From a virus (Duplodnaviria; Caudoviricetes): a stretch of DNA of 64,000 bases. The stretch is from the IMG/VR virus record IMGVR_UViG_2857429247_000001, positions 32,001 to 96,000 of that record. One strand, 5' to 3'. The first letter of the stretch is position 1. Each line of letters opens with the position of its first letter. Below are positions 48,216 to 55,901 of the stretch, one piece after another. The position numbers were made by a program, and so were the translations under genes. Below the pieces are notes generated by a model. That model was not told the origin of the DNA, did no database searches, and was given only the letters and a program-made list of their open reading frames with translations.

Positions 48216-48824
48216 TCAGCGCGCCTTCGGCGTGCCGAAATAGCGGGTGAGGCGGCCTTCCTTCTCGCGGCGCAGGCTGATCTCGGCCTTCTCGCAGGCC
48301 TTCATCGCCATGGGCAGACACGCGGTCCAGCCGACCACCTGGCACAGCTCGTCGTGCGTCGCGCCCGTGGGCCGGCAGATGGTGTCGGCGAGCAGCGCCA
48401 GCTTCGTGCCGGCGCGCAGACCATCCAGGCGCACGGCGCCGGCCGCCGGCGCAGCGGGCGGCAACGTCATCGGCGCGGTGGGCTCCGGCGGCTGGCGGGT
48501 CTCGGGCGTGATCGTCACGTCCTCGAACGCCGCGGCGTCGCTGGCGCGCTGCGCGGCGCTGCGCTCGGCCTCGGCGGCGGCCCGCGCCGCCTCCTGCCGG
48601 CCGACCGCATCGGCCTCGGCCGCCTTGCGCTGCCAGTCCGCGTCGTCCTCCTCGTCCACGGCGTTCGCCTGGACCTCTGGGACGTCGTCGGCCGGGTGTG
48701 CGTCGACCGCCCAGGTCCAGCGGCCGTCGCGCTGCACGAAGTCGAGCGTCTCAGGATTGAGGCCGAGTTGCTTGGCACCGCGGACCGCGCTGCGCTTATC
48801 GGCATAGGTCTTCCTGTTCACCAT
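48216..48824 (-). CDS. DUF3489-domain protein
   Basis: C-terminal R.GTK.A......RP.GAT..EL....GW. Confidence 0.65.
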   Translation of the reverse strand: MVNRKTYADKRSAVRGAKQLGLNPETLDFVQRDGRWTWAVDAHPADDVPEVQANAVDEEDDADWQRKAAEADAVGRQEAARAAAEAERSAAQRASDAAAFEDVTITPETRQPPEPTAPMTLPPAAPAAGAVRLDGLRAGTKLALLADTICRPTGATHDELCQVVGWTACLPMAMKACEKAEISLRREKEGRLTRYFGTPKAR

Positions 48825-48907
48825 CGCTTTGTCTCCCTCGAGTCGGGCGGCGCCCGTTGCGATGGACTGACCATGCCGCAGTCCCGGCCGAGAGGCACTA
48901 GGGAAAT
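48822..48907 (-). promoter_or_regulatory. repeated promoter/leader cassette, copy G
   Basis: TTTCCCTAGTGCCT-N18-CATGGT...GGGCGCCGCCC-GACTCG-AG-GGAGACA-ATG. Confidence 0.75.
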
Positions 48908-49013
48908 CGCGGCCTCTACCTGAAATCTCCTCGCCCGCGATCACGGGGGCGAGCCGATCCACCCTTCAGCCCGTCTCGGGCTGGCTCGGGCGTAGAGCCC
49001 CCGCGTGGTCGCG

Positions 49014-49460
49014 ATGCCCAGAGGACGTCCCCCATACCAGCCGACGGACAAGGCGCGCGGTCTCGTGCGCGGTCTGGCCTTGGCTGGCACGACCGAGGAG
49101 TCGATCGCCCGCATCGTCGGCATCGATCCGAAGACGCTGCGCAAATACTATCGGGACGAGCTCGACCTCGCGACCGCGCAGGCCTGCGCCAACGTCGCCC
49201 GCGCGCTCTACGAGACCGCCATCGACCGCAAGGCCGGCGTGAAGCACGTCACCGCGGCGATGTTCTTCCTTGAGTGCAAGGGCGGATGGCGGCGCAAGGA
49301 GACGCTGCCTCCAGGCGCGATCGATCCTGGCGCGCCGGGCGGCGGCGCCCCCCAGACCGTGCGCATCGAGTTCGTCGGCCCCGCCGGCGGCGAGGAACTG
49401 GGCAGCGGCCCGCTCGAGCCCGACGCCGCCGCGCCCGAACCGGCCGACGCCGAGGCCTGA
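49014..49460 (+). CDS. terminase small subunit
   Basis: GRP.Y.PT, HTH IARIVGIDPKTLRKYYRDEL, AAMFFL; directly upstream of TerL. Confidence 0.8.
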   Translation: MPRGRPPYQPTDKARGLVRGLALAGTTEESIARIVGIDPKTLRKYYRDELDLATAQACANVARALYETAIDRKAGVKHVTAAMFFLECKGGWRRKETLPPGAIDPGAPGGGAPQTVRIEFVGPAGGEELGSGPLEPDAAAPEPADAEA

Positions 49461-49496
49461 CACCCCCGACATCACCGAGACCGGAGTTCGCGCGGC

Positions 49497-50846
49497 ATGT
49501 CCGGCAACGTCCAGATCCCGGCGTGCTTCCAGTTCCTCTACGATCCCCGCCCGGCCCGCTATCGCGCGGCCTTCGGCGGTCGCGGATCGGGGAAAAGCCA
49601 CGCCTTCGCCCAGGCCCTCGTGATCCGCGGCGCGCAGAGCCCGCAGCGCTGGCTGTGCTGCCGCGAGATCCAGAAGTCGCTGAAGTCCTCAGTCAAGCGG
49701 CTCCTGTCGGACAAGATCAAGGGCTGCGGGCTCTCGCACCTCTACAGCGAGACCGAGACCGAGATCCGCGGCCCCAACGGCACGCTGTTCCTGTTCGAGG
49801 GCCTGCGCTCGAACCCGGACTCGGTGAAGTCCATGGAGGGGCTCGACGGCGCGTGGGTCGAGGAGGCCAACACGGTCTCGCAGCGCTCGCTCGACCTGCT
49901 GATCCCGACGGTGCGCAAGCCGGGTTCCGAGATCTGGTTCACGTGGAACCCGAAGAGCCCCAAGGACCCGGTCGACAATCTGCTGCGCGGCAAGATCAAG
50001 CCGCCGGGCTCCATGATCCGGCGGGTCAACTTCGACCTGAACCAGTTCTTCCCGGACGTGCTCCGGCGCGACCTCGACTTCGACCGCCAGCGCGATCCGG
50101 ACAAGTACGCGCACGTCTGGCTGGGCGAGTACCTCAAGAACAGCGAGGCCCGGGTCTTCAAGAACTGGGTGGAGGAGGAATTCGAGACCCCGGACGACGC
50201 GGAGTTCTACTTCGGCGCGGACTGGGGCTATTCGATCGATCCTACGGTGCTCATCCGCTGCTGGATAAAGGGCCGCACGCTCCACGTCGATCAGGAGGCC
50301 TACGACCACGGTGTCGAGATCGACCACCTTCCGGCGTTCTTCGCAGGCAATGCGCCGGCCAAAGAGTGGAGTAACCCGCGCTTCTACAAGGGCGTGGCTG
50401 GCTCCTATCGCTGGCCGATCCGCGGCGACAGCGCGAACCCGCAGGCGATCTCATACCTGCGTCGGCACGGCTTCAACATCGAACCGGCGGTGAAGGGCAC
50501 AGGATCCATCGAGGAAGGCGTGGAGTTCCTGCGAACCTACGACATCAAGGTGCACCCGCGTTGCCGGCACACGATCGACGAGTTGACCCTCTACAGCTTC
50601 AAGACCGACAAGCTCACCGACCGCGTGCTGCCCGTTCTCGCCGACAAGGACAACCACGTCATCGACGCGCTGCGCTACTCGATCGAGCCGCTCCGGATCG
50701 CGATGGCGTCGCAGGGCCTGCACGATCTCACCCGGCGCGAGGCGGAAGAGGCGATGGCCGCCGAGCAGCGCCTGCTCGAGACCGCGCGGCCGAAGCCGGA
50801 CTATGCGGCTGGGTCGATGGAAGCCTTCATGGCCGCCCAAGGATAA
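49497..50846 (+). CDS. terminase large subunit (PBSX family)
   Basis: GGRGSGKS, CRE.Q.S, WVEEA, PTVRK, DWGY..DP, DNHVIDALRY. Confidence 0.95.
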   Translation: MSGNVQIPACFQFLYDPRPARYRAAFGGRGSGKSHAFAQALVIRGAQSPQRWLCCREIQKSLKSSVKRLLSDKIKGCGLSHLYSETETEIRGPNGTLFLFEGLRSNPDSVKSMEGLDGAWVEEANTVSQRSLDLLIPTVRKPGSEIWFTWNPKSPKDPVDNLLRGKIKPPGSMIRRVNFDLNQFFPDVLRRDLDFDRQRDPDKYAHVWLGEYLKNSEARVFKNWVEEEFETPDDAEFYFGADWGYSIDPTVLIRCWIKGRTLHVDQEAYDHGVEIDHLPAFFAGNAPAKEWSNPRFYKGVAGSYRWPIRGDSANPQAISYLRRHGFNIEPAVKGTGSIEEGVEFLRTYDIKVHPRCRHTIDELTLYSFKTDKLTDRVLPVLADKDNHVIDALRYSIEPLRIAMASQGLHDLTRREAEEAMAAEQRLLETARPKPDYAAGSMEAFMAAQG

Positions 50847-50935
50847 GTGCGCAGCGGTGAGGAGCCAGCTTGACGCGGCTCCGACCACGACGTTCTGATC
50901 GAATTCAGGCGGAACGAAGCGAGTGCGGCAACGCG

Positions 50936-51301
50936 ATGGAGCTGACCCTCAAACCTCTGATGGACCACTATGGGGCGGTTTCTCCGGTCGAGGGCGATCC
51001 GGATGAGCATGATTTCTGGCACATCATCTTCGTCTCCGTCTGTCTCGGCAATCTGCAGCTGTTGAACCGGCATGCTCTGCGGGAAGGATGGTCCGACGCG
51101 CAGGTCGATGAGATCATGGACCGGTATCATGCGGCCCGGCGTTCCGCGCTCAAGAAGCCGGCTGCCGGCAACAAGGGACGCGTCGCCCTCGCGGTCCTGG
51201 CCATGGCCGACATGAGCCTGTCATCCGTCCGCGAAGGAAACGATCTGGCGGCCATGACGACGCTGGCCCTCGCCGAGGACCTGATCGCGCAGATCATGTG
51301 A
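50936..51301 (+). CDS. hypothetical moron-like protein between TerL and portal
   Basis: Lower GC3 than its flanks; about 121 aa. Confidence 0.5.
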   Translation: MELTLKPLMDHYGAVSPVEGDPDEHDFWHIIFVSVCLGNLQLLNRHALREGWSDAQVDEIMDRYHAARRSALKKPAAGNKGRVALAVLAMADMSLSSVREGNDLAAMTTLALAEDLIAQIM

Positions 51302-51356
51302 TCGCGGCGCCCACGCCCTTCACCCATCGACGGTCTCACGCGTGAACGGGTGAAAA

Positions 51357-51452
51357 AGGGGCTTCCCCCCAAGTATCGCTTGACGTATAGACCAACACGC
51401 AAACATCGATCAGGCGCCGGCGGGACCACCCGCGCGGCGCCTTTCTCGTTTC
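51357..51452 (+). promoter_or_regulatory. 26-bp motif plus hairpin, copy 3 (head of the structural operon)
   Basis: 31 nt identical to copy 2; hairpin 51412-51442. Confidence 0.7.
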
Positions 51453-51568
51453 GGGGTGGCGGCGTCTAGCGCCCGCCCCCATGCGCGCCTCATGGCGCGC
51501 CCGCGCTCTCACGCGCCGCATCACCCCGAATTCCCTGCCCCGCCGCCAGCCCGAGCGAGGATCCCCGC

Positions 51569-53044
51569 ATGCCCCCAGAAGGCGGCAATCGCACGCCTCT
51601 GAGCGTGAGCGCACGGTTTTCCGGAAACTGGTCGGTGTTCTCGCCCGGACTTCCGGTCGCCCCGATCGGCAGCGAGCCGGTGCGCACCTGGGATTTCCAG
51701 GTCGGGCAGAACACGATCGTCACGCCGCGTTCCTACGAGCCGTTCGGCTTCCCGCAGTTGCGGGCGTTCTCCAACGTCGAACTGGTGCGTCTCGCCATCG
51801 AGACCCGCAAGGATCAGGTCGAGCGCTTCGACTGGTCGGTGAAGCCGCGCAAGATCCCGGGGCGGCAGCGCCACTACGACCGGGACGGCCGCATCGCCAA
51901 GGTCGAGGAGCGGCTGCGCCGCCCCGACGGCGTCACCCCGTTCGCGACGTGGCTGCGGCTCCTGCTCGAGGACCTCCTCGCCCTGGACGCCCCCGCGATC
52001 GAGCGGCGGCGCAATCTCGGCGGCGACGTCATCGGCTATGACGTGGTCGACGGCTCGACCATCAAGGCGCTGGTCGATCAGACCGGGCGCCGTCCGGTCC
52101 CGCCCGATCCGGCCTTCCAGCAGGTGATCAAGGGCGTGCCGTGGGCCGATCTCACCACGGACGACCTGATCTACTGCCCGCGCAATCCGCGGCCCGGACA
52201 CCTCTACGGCCTCGGACCGGTCGAGCAGATCATCGTCACGCTGACGACGGTCATGCGTCGCCAGAGCGCGCAGCTCGCCTACTTCACCGAGGGCAACACG
52301 CCGGCCGGCATCCTGAACGCGCCCGCCGGGTGGTCGAAGGAGCACATCAAGGATTTCCAGACTTGGTTCGAGGCCAAGCTCGCGGGCAACACCGCCGAGC
52401 GCTCGAAGCTGCTCTGGGTTCCGGAGGGCACGAAGTACTCGGCCTTCAAGGAGTCGCCGATCAAGGACGAGTTCGACGAGTGGCTCGCCCGCATCGTCGC
52501 CTTCGCGTTCTCGCTGCCGCCGACCCCCTTCATCAAGCAGCTCAACCGCTCCACCGCGGAAGAGGGCGGCGCCCGGGCACTCGAGGAAGGCCTCCAGCCG
52601 ATCCTGCGTTGGGTGAAGCGGCTGATCGACGGCATTATCCAAGACGACCTCGCCCATCCCGACCTTGAGTTCGTCTGGGAGGTCTCGCGCGACATCGATC
52701 CGAAGGTGCAGTCCGAGATCGACGACCGGAACCTGAAGAACGGCTCCGAGGTCATCGACGAGGTGCGCGACCGCCGCGGCCAGGACCCGCTGCCCGGCGG
52801 CGTCGGCGCGATCGCGCGGATCTACACCAACAACGGCGCCATCGACCTCGTGTCGAACGACGCGCTGACCGCGGCCTCGGTCGCCGGTGCCGCTCGCGCC
52901 GCGCAGGCGGATCCCGAGCCGGCCGGCAAGCCCGATGGCAAGGACGGTGGCGGCGCGGATGATCCGCCGAAGGGTTCGGGATCCGAGTCGGATGGCGACG
53001 CCGGGGAGGACGCAGGGAAGGACGGCCAGGAGGACGCGGAATGA
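51569..53044 (+). CDS. phage portal protein
   Basis: YGLGPVE, YFTEGNTPAGIL, IVAFAFSLPP, IDEVR..RG.DPLPGG; position after TerL. Confidence 0.92.
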   Translation: MPPEGGNRTPLSVSARFSGNWSVFSPGLPVAPIGSEPVRTWDFQVGQNTIVTPRSYEPFGFPQLRAFSNVELVRLAIETRKDQVERFDWSVKPRKIPGRQRHYDRDGRIAKVEERLRRPDGVTPFATWLRLLLEDLLALDAPAIERRRNLGGDVIGYDVVDGSTIKALVDQTGRRPVPPDPAFQQVIKGVPWADLTTDDLIYCPRNPRPGHLYGLGPVEQIIVTLTTVMRRQSAQLAYFTEGNTPAGILNAPAGWSKEHIKDFQTWFEAKLAGNTAERSKLLWVPEGTKYSAFKESPIKDEFDEWLARIVAFAFSLPPTPFIKQLNRSTAEEGGARALEEGLQPILRWVKRLIDGIIQDDLAHPDLEFVWEVSRDIDPKVQSEIDDRNLKNGSEVIDEVRDRRGQDPLPGGVGAIARIYTNNGAIDLVSNDALTAASVAGAARAAQADPEPAGKPDGKDGGGADDPPKGSGSESDGDAGEDAGKDGQEDAE

Positions 53045-53397
53045 GCCTCCATCGCACCGGCAACGGCGACCTCTCGGTCGGCGTCGTCCCGGAGCGCGTT
53101 CCGGTCTCCTACACCTCGGTCCCCGGCTCGCCGTTCACGCTCGGCCCGGACTGGCAGCGGGTCGCGACCACCTCGACCACGACGCGGGCCCTGCGAGTCT
53201 CGCCGCTGGCCAGCGCCGTGACCTACGACATCGAGTGGACCTCGGTGGCGGCAGGGGGCGACGCGCCCGCCGACGCGCATGGCGAGCCGATCATGGGCGG
53301 CGAGGACTTCCTCGGCGGCATTCCGCTGGGCGACATCTACCTGAAGAGCGCCACGGGGCAGATCGCGATCGTGCGCATCGGTGAGTACGCCGCGTGA
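53041..53397 (+). CDS. putative virion beta-sandwich protein
   Basis: Coupled to portal; beta-rich. Confidence 0.6.
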   Translation: MSLHRTGNGDLSVGVVPERVPVSYTSVPGSPFTLGPDWQRVATTSTTTRALRVSPLASAVTYDIEWTSVAAGGDAPADAHGEPIMGGEDFLGGIPLGDIYLKSATGQIAIVRIGEYAA

Positions 53398-53705
53398 GGC
53401 CGGTTCCGATCCCTCCTGCCGCGGTCGCCGCGATCCTGACCGGCGCCGGACTCGTGCCGGAACTGGCGATCGTCTCGGACGGTGATCGGCGCGTCCTGCA
53501 GGTCGGCCCGTGGCGCACCGCGGCGGTGCCCGACCCGTCCACGGTCAGCTTCGCCGGCCCGAACGGGCTCACCGACACGATCACCGAGGCCGCCGATCTG
53601 CGTGGCCCGGCGACCATCGCCACGCTCACCTCAGCCGATGATCCCAGCGCGTCCCTGACGCTCGATCCGGTCAACGGTGACGTCTTCCGCACGACCGGGA
53701 CCTGA
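53394..53705 (+). CDS. putative head-fibre/adaptor protein
   Basis: GTGA overlap; C-terminal LDPVNGDVF motif. Confidence 0.55.
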   Translation: MRPVPIPPAAVAAILTGAGLVPELAIVSDGDRRVLQVGPWRTAAVPDPSTVSFAGPNGLTDTITEAADLRGPATIATLTSADDPSASLTLDPVNGDVFRTTGT

Positions 53706-53709
53706 CCCG

Positions 53710-53952
53710 ATGGCCTCGACCACCACCAAGATCGGCAATCTGCGCGGGCCCGCCGGCCCGGCCGGCCCCACGGGCGCCACCGGTGCGCCGGGCGCCAACG
53801 GAGCCACCGGTCAGACCGGCGCCGCCGGCGCGCGCGGCGCCTCGGTCTTTTCCGGGAACGGCGCCCCCTCGGCCGCGATCATCGCCCAGGCGGTGGCCGG
53901 CCAGGACAGCTATCTCGACCTCGTCTCCGGCGACACCTACAGCTTCGCTTAA
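53710..53952 (+). CDS. collagen-like (Gly-X-Y) fibre protein
   Basis: About 10 GXY triplets, then GAP...YLDLVSGDTY. Confidence 0.8.
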   Translation: MASTTTKIGNLRGPAGPAGPTGATGAPGANGATGQTGAAGARGASVFSGNGAPSAAIIAQAVAGQDSYLDLVSGDTYSFA

Positions 53953-53955
53953 GCC

Positions 53956-54294
53956 GTGGCGAACGCAGCGACCAAGGTCGGCCGCATCGGCATCGCCCCG
54001 TTCGCGAAGGCCTACACCACCGACGCGAGCGGTCAGGTGAAGGTCTCGTTCGGCGCCCTGTTCTCGGCCGCACCCGTGGTTACGGCCACCGGGATATCGG
54101 GCGGCGACGGGCGCCCGATCATGGTCTCGATCGTGGCCGGCAGCCTGACGAAGGACGGCGTCACCCTCCAGGCCTATCGGTCGGTGGCGATGCCGGTCAC
54201 GGCCACGCTGTCCCAGCTGCTCGGCTCGGACCTCCTGCCGCCCGCGGGCGCGAATGTCGGCATGCACGTCCACGCCGCTCCCGCCTCGGCCTGA
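53956..54294 (+). CDS. putative fibre tip (H-type lectin-like) protein
   Basis: VSFG..FSAAPVVTAT...V......GVTL. Confidence 0.5.
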   Translation: MANAATKVGRIGIAPFAKAYTTDASGQVKVSFGALFSAAPVVTATGISGGDGRPIMVSIVAGSLTKDGVTLQAYRSVAMPVTATLSQLLGSDLLPPAGANVGMHVHAAPASA

Positions 54295-54334
54295 CGCGCC
54301 CAGCGCGAAATCCCACGATATCCGGAGGGGCGCG

Positions 54335-55813
54335 ATGCTGCGCACGCTCTACTCCCCGCTCCTCAAGACCGAGGAGAACGACGACGGCACGCTGACCGTC
54401 GAGGGCATCGCCTCGGCCGAGACGGTCGACGCCACCGGCGAGACCGTCCTCGCGTCCGCCATGGAGGCGGCGCTGCCCGAATTCTTCGCCTACGGCACCG
54501 GCAACCTGCGCGAGATGCACCAGCTCTCGGCCGCCGGCACGGTCGACGTGGCCGAAGTGAACGACGATGGCCTGACCCGCATCTCGGCCACCGTCGTCGA
54601 TCCCGTCGCGATCAAGAAGGTCCAGAGCGGGACGTACAAGGGGTTCTCGATCGGCGGGAAGGTGCTCGCCCGGGATCCGAAAGACCGCAAGGTCATCACC
54701 AAGATCAGGCTCGTCGAGATCTCGCTCGTGGATCGTCCGTGTAACCCGGACGCCAAGATCGAGGTCTGGAAGGCCGATGCAGAAGGCACCAGCATGGATC
54801 CCGAGACCGAGGGCGCCGCCGCGCCCGAGCCCGTGACGCCGCCCGTCGCGGCCCCGGCCGCCGCCACGACCGCCCCGGTCCCGGCCGCCGACGTCGCCAA
54901 GTCCGAGTCGGCCAAGTCCGAGCCGGCCGCCGTCGAGGCGCCCGCCGCCCCCGCGGTCGAGGCCGCCGCCGCGGCGGCCGCCGAGATCGCTCCGGCCGCC
55001 GTCGAGCCCCCGGCCGCCGCCGCGGTCGAGCCGACCACCGAGACCGCAGCCGAGACCGTCGTCGAGGAGGCCGCGAAGGCCGAGGTGGCGCCGGCCGCGC
55101 CCGCGCCGCTGGCGCGCGCCATGGCCGCCCTGGACGCGCTGGATGCCGCGGTCACCAAGGCCGCCGGCGGCGAGGGTCTCGCCAAGGGCATGTACACCGT
55201 CCGCTCGTTCGCGGAGGTGCTGTCCTCGATCGCCTACATCGTCTCCGACCTGAAGTCGGAAGCCGAGTTCGAGGGCGACGGCTCGCCGGTCCCGGCCAAG
55301 ATGCAGGCGTGGCTCCTCGCCGGCGTGCCGCTCTTCAAGGAGATGGCCGCCGAGGAGATCGACGAGCTCGTCGCGCGCGTCACCGCCCAGAAGGCCGAGG
55401 GCGCCTCCGCGCTCAGCGCGGCCGCCGAGGCCGACGCGCTCGCCAAGGCGCAGGCGCTCGTCGCCGACGAGACCGCCGCCCTCAAGGCCCAGATCGACGA
55501 GCGGGACAGCGCGCTGGTGAAGCTCGCCGACCGCGTCGAACCCCTCGCCGCCACGGTGGACGCGCTCTCCAAGCGCCTCGCCGCCGTCGAGGCTCAGCCC
55601 GCCCCGCCGAAGACGGCCGGGGTGCTCGGCAAGGCTGCCGTGGTCTCCGTCTCCAAGGAGCAGGACTCGGCCGGCATCGCCGCTTCGGAGCCGCAGTCGG
55701 CCACGCTGACCCCGGAAGATGCTCGCAAGGCCCTCGAGGCCATGCCGGAGCAGGAGCGTGGGCATCTGCTGATGAAGGCCGCGCTGGCCATGCCGCGGCG
55801 CATCGGCGGCTAA
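54335..55813 (+). CDS. prohead protease / scaffold fusion
   Basis: G.AS.E.VD..GE, LREMH, YKGFSIGG, EISLVDRPCNP; then Ala/Glu/Pro linker and coiled coil. Confidence 0.88.
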   Translation: MLRTLYSPLLKTEENDDGTLTVEGIASAETVDATGETVLASAMEAALPEFFAYGTGNLREMHQLSAAGTVDVAEVNDDGLTRISATVVDPVAIKKVQSGTYKGFSIGGKVLARDPKDRKVITKIRLVEISLVDRPCNPDAKIEVWKADAEGTSMDPETEGAAAPEPVTPPVAAPAAATTAPVPAADVAKSESAKSEPAAVEAPAAPAVEAAAAAAAEIAPAAVEPPAAAAVEPTTETAAETVVEEAAKAEVAPAAPAPLARAMAALDALDAAVTKAAGGEGLAKGMYTVRSFAEVLSSIAYIVSDLKSEAEFEGDGSPVPAKMQAWLLAGVPLFKEMAAEEIDELVARVTAQKAEGASALSAAAEADALAKAQALVADETAALKAQIDERDSALVKLADRVEPLAATVDALSKRLAAVEAQPAPPKTAGVLGKAAVVSVSKEQDSAGIAASEPQSATLTPEDARKALEAMPEQERGHLLMKAALAMPRRIGG

Positions 55814-55852
55814 CCGCCCTCCCCCTTCGACCCGGCTCCGCCGGCCCCGTCC

Positions 55853-55879
55853 ACCGCCCCTCACCTGGGCGGTTTTTTT
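55853..55879 (+). terminator. intrinsic terminator-like hairpin before the capsid gene
   Basis: ACCGCCC-N7-GGGCGGT followed by a T run. Confidence 0.65.
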
Positions 55880-55901
55880 GTGCCGTCAGGAACGACCCTT
55901 C

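Noticed and set aside
27584-51387. Repeats considered as a CRISPR array
   Set aside because: The copies are kilobases apart with no spacer periodicity, and no cas genes are present
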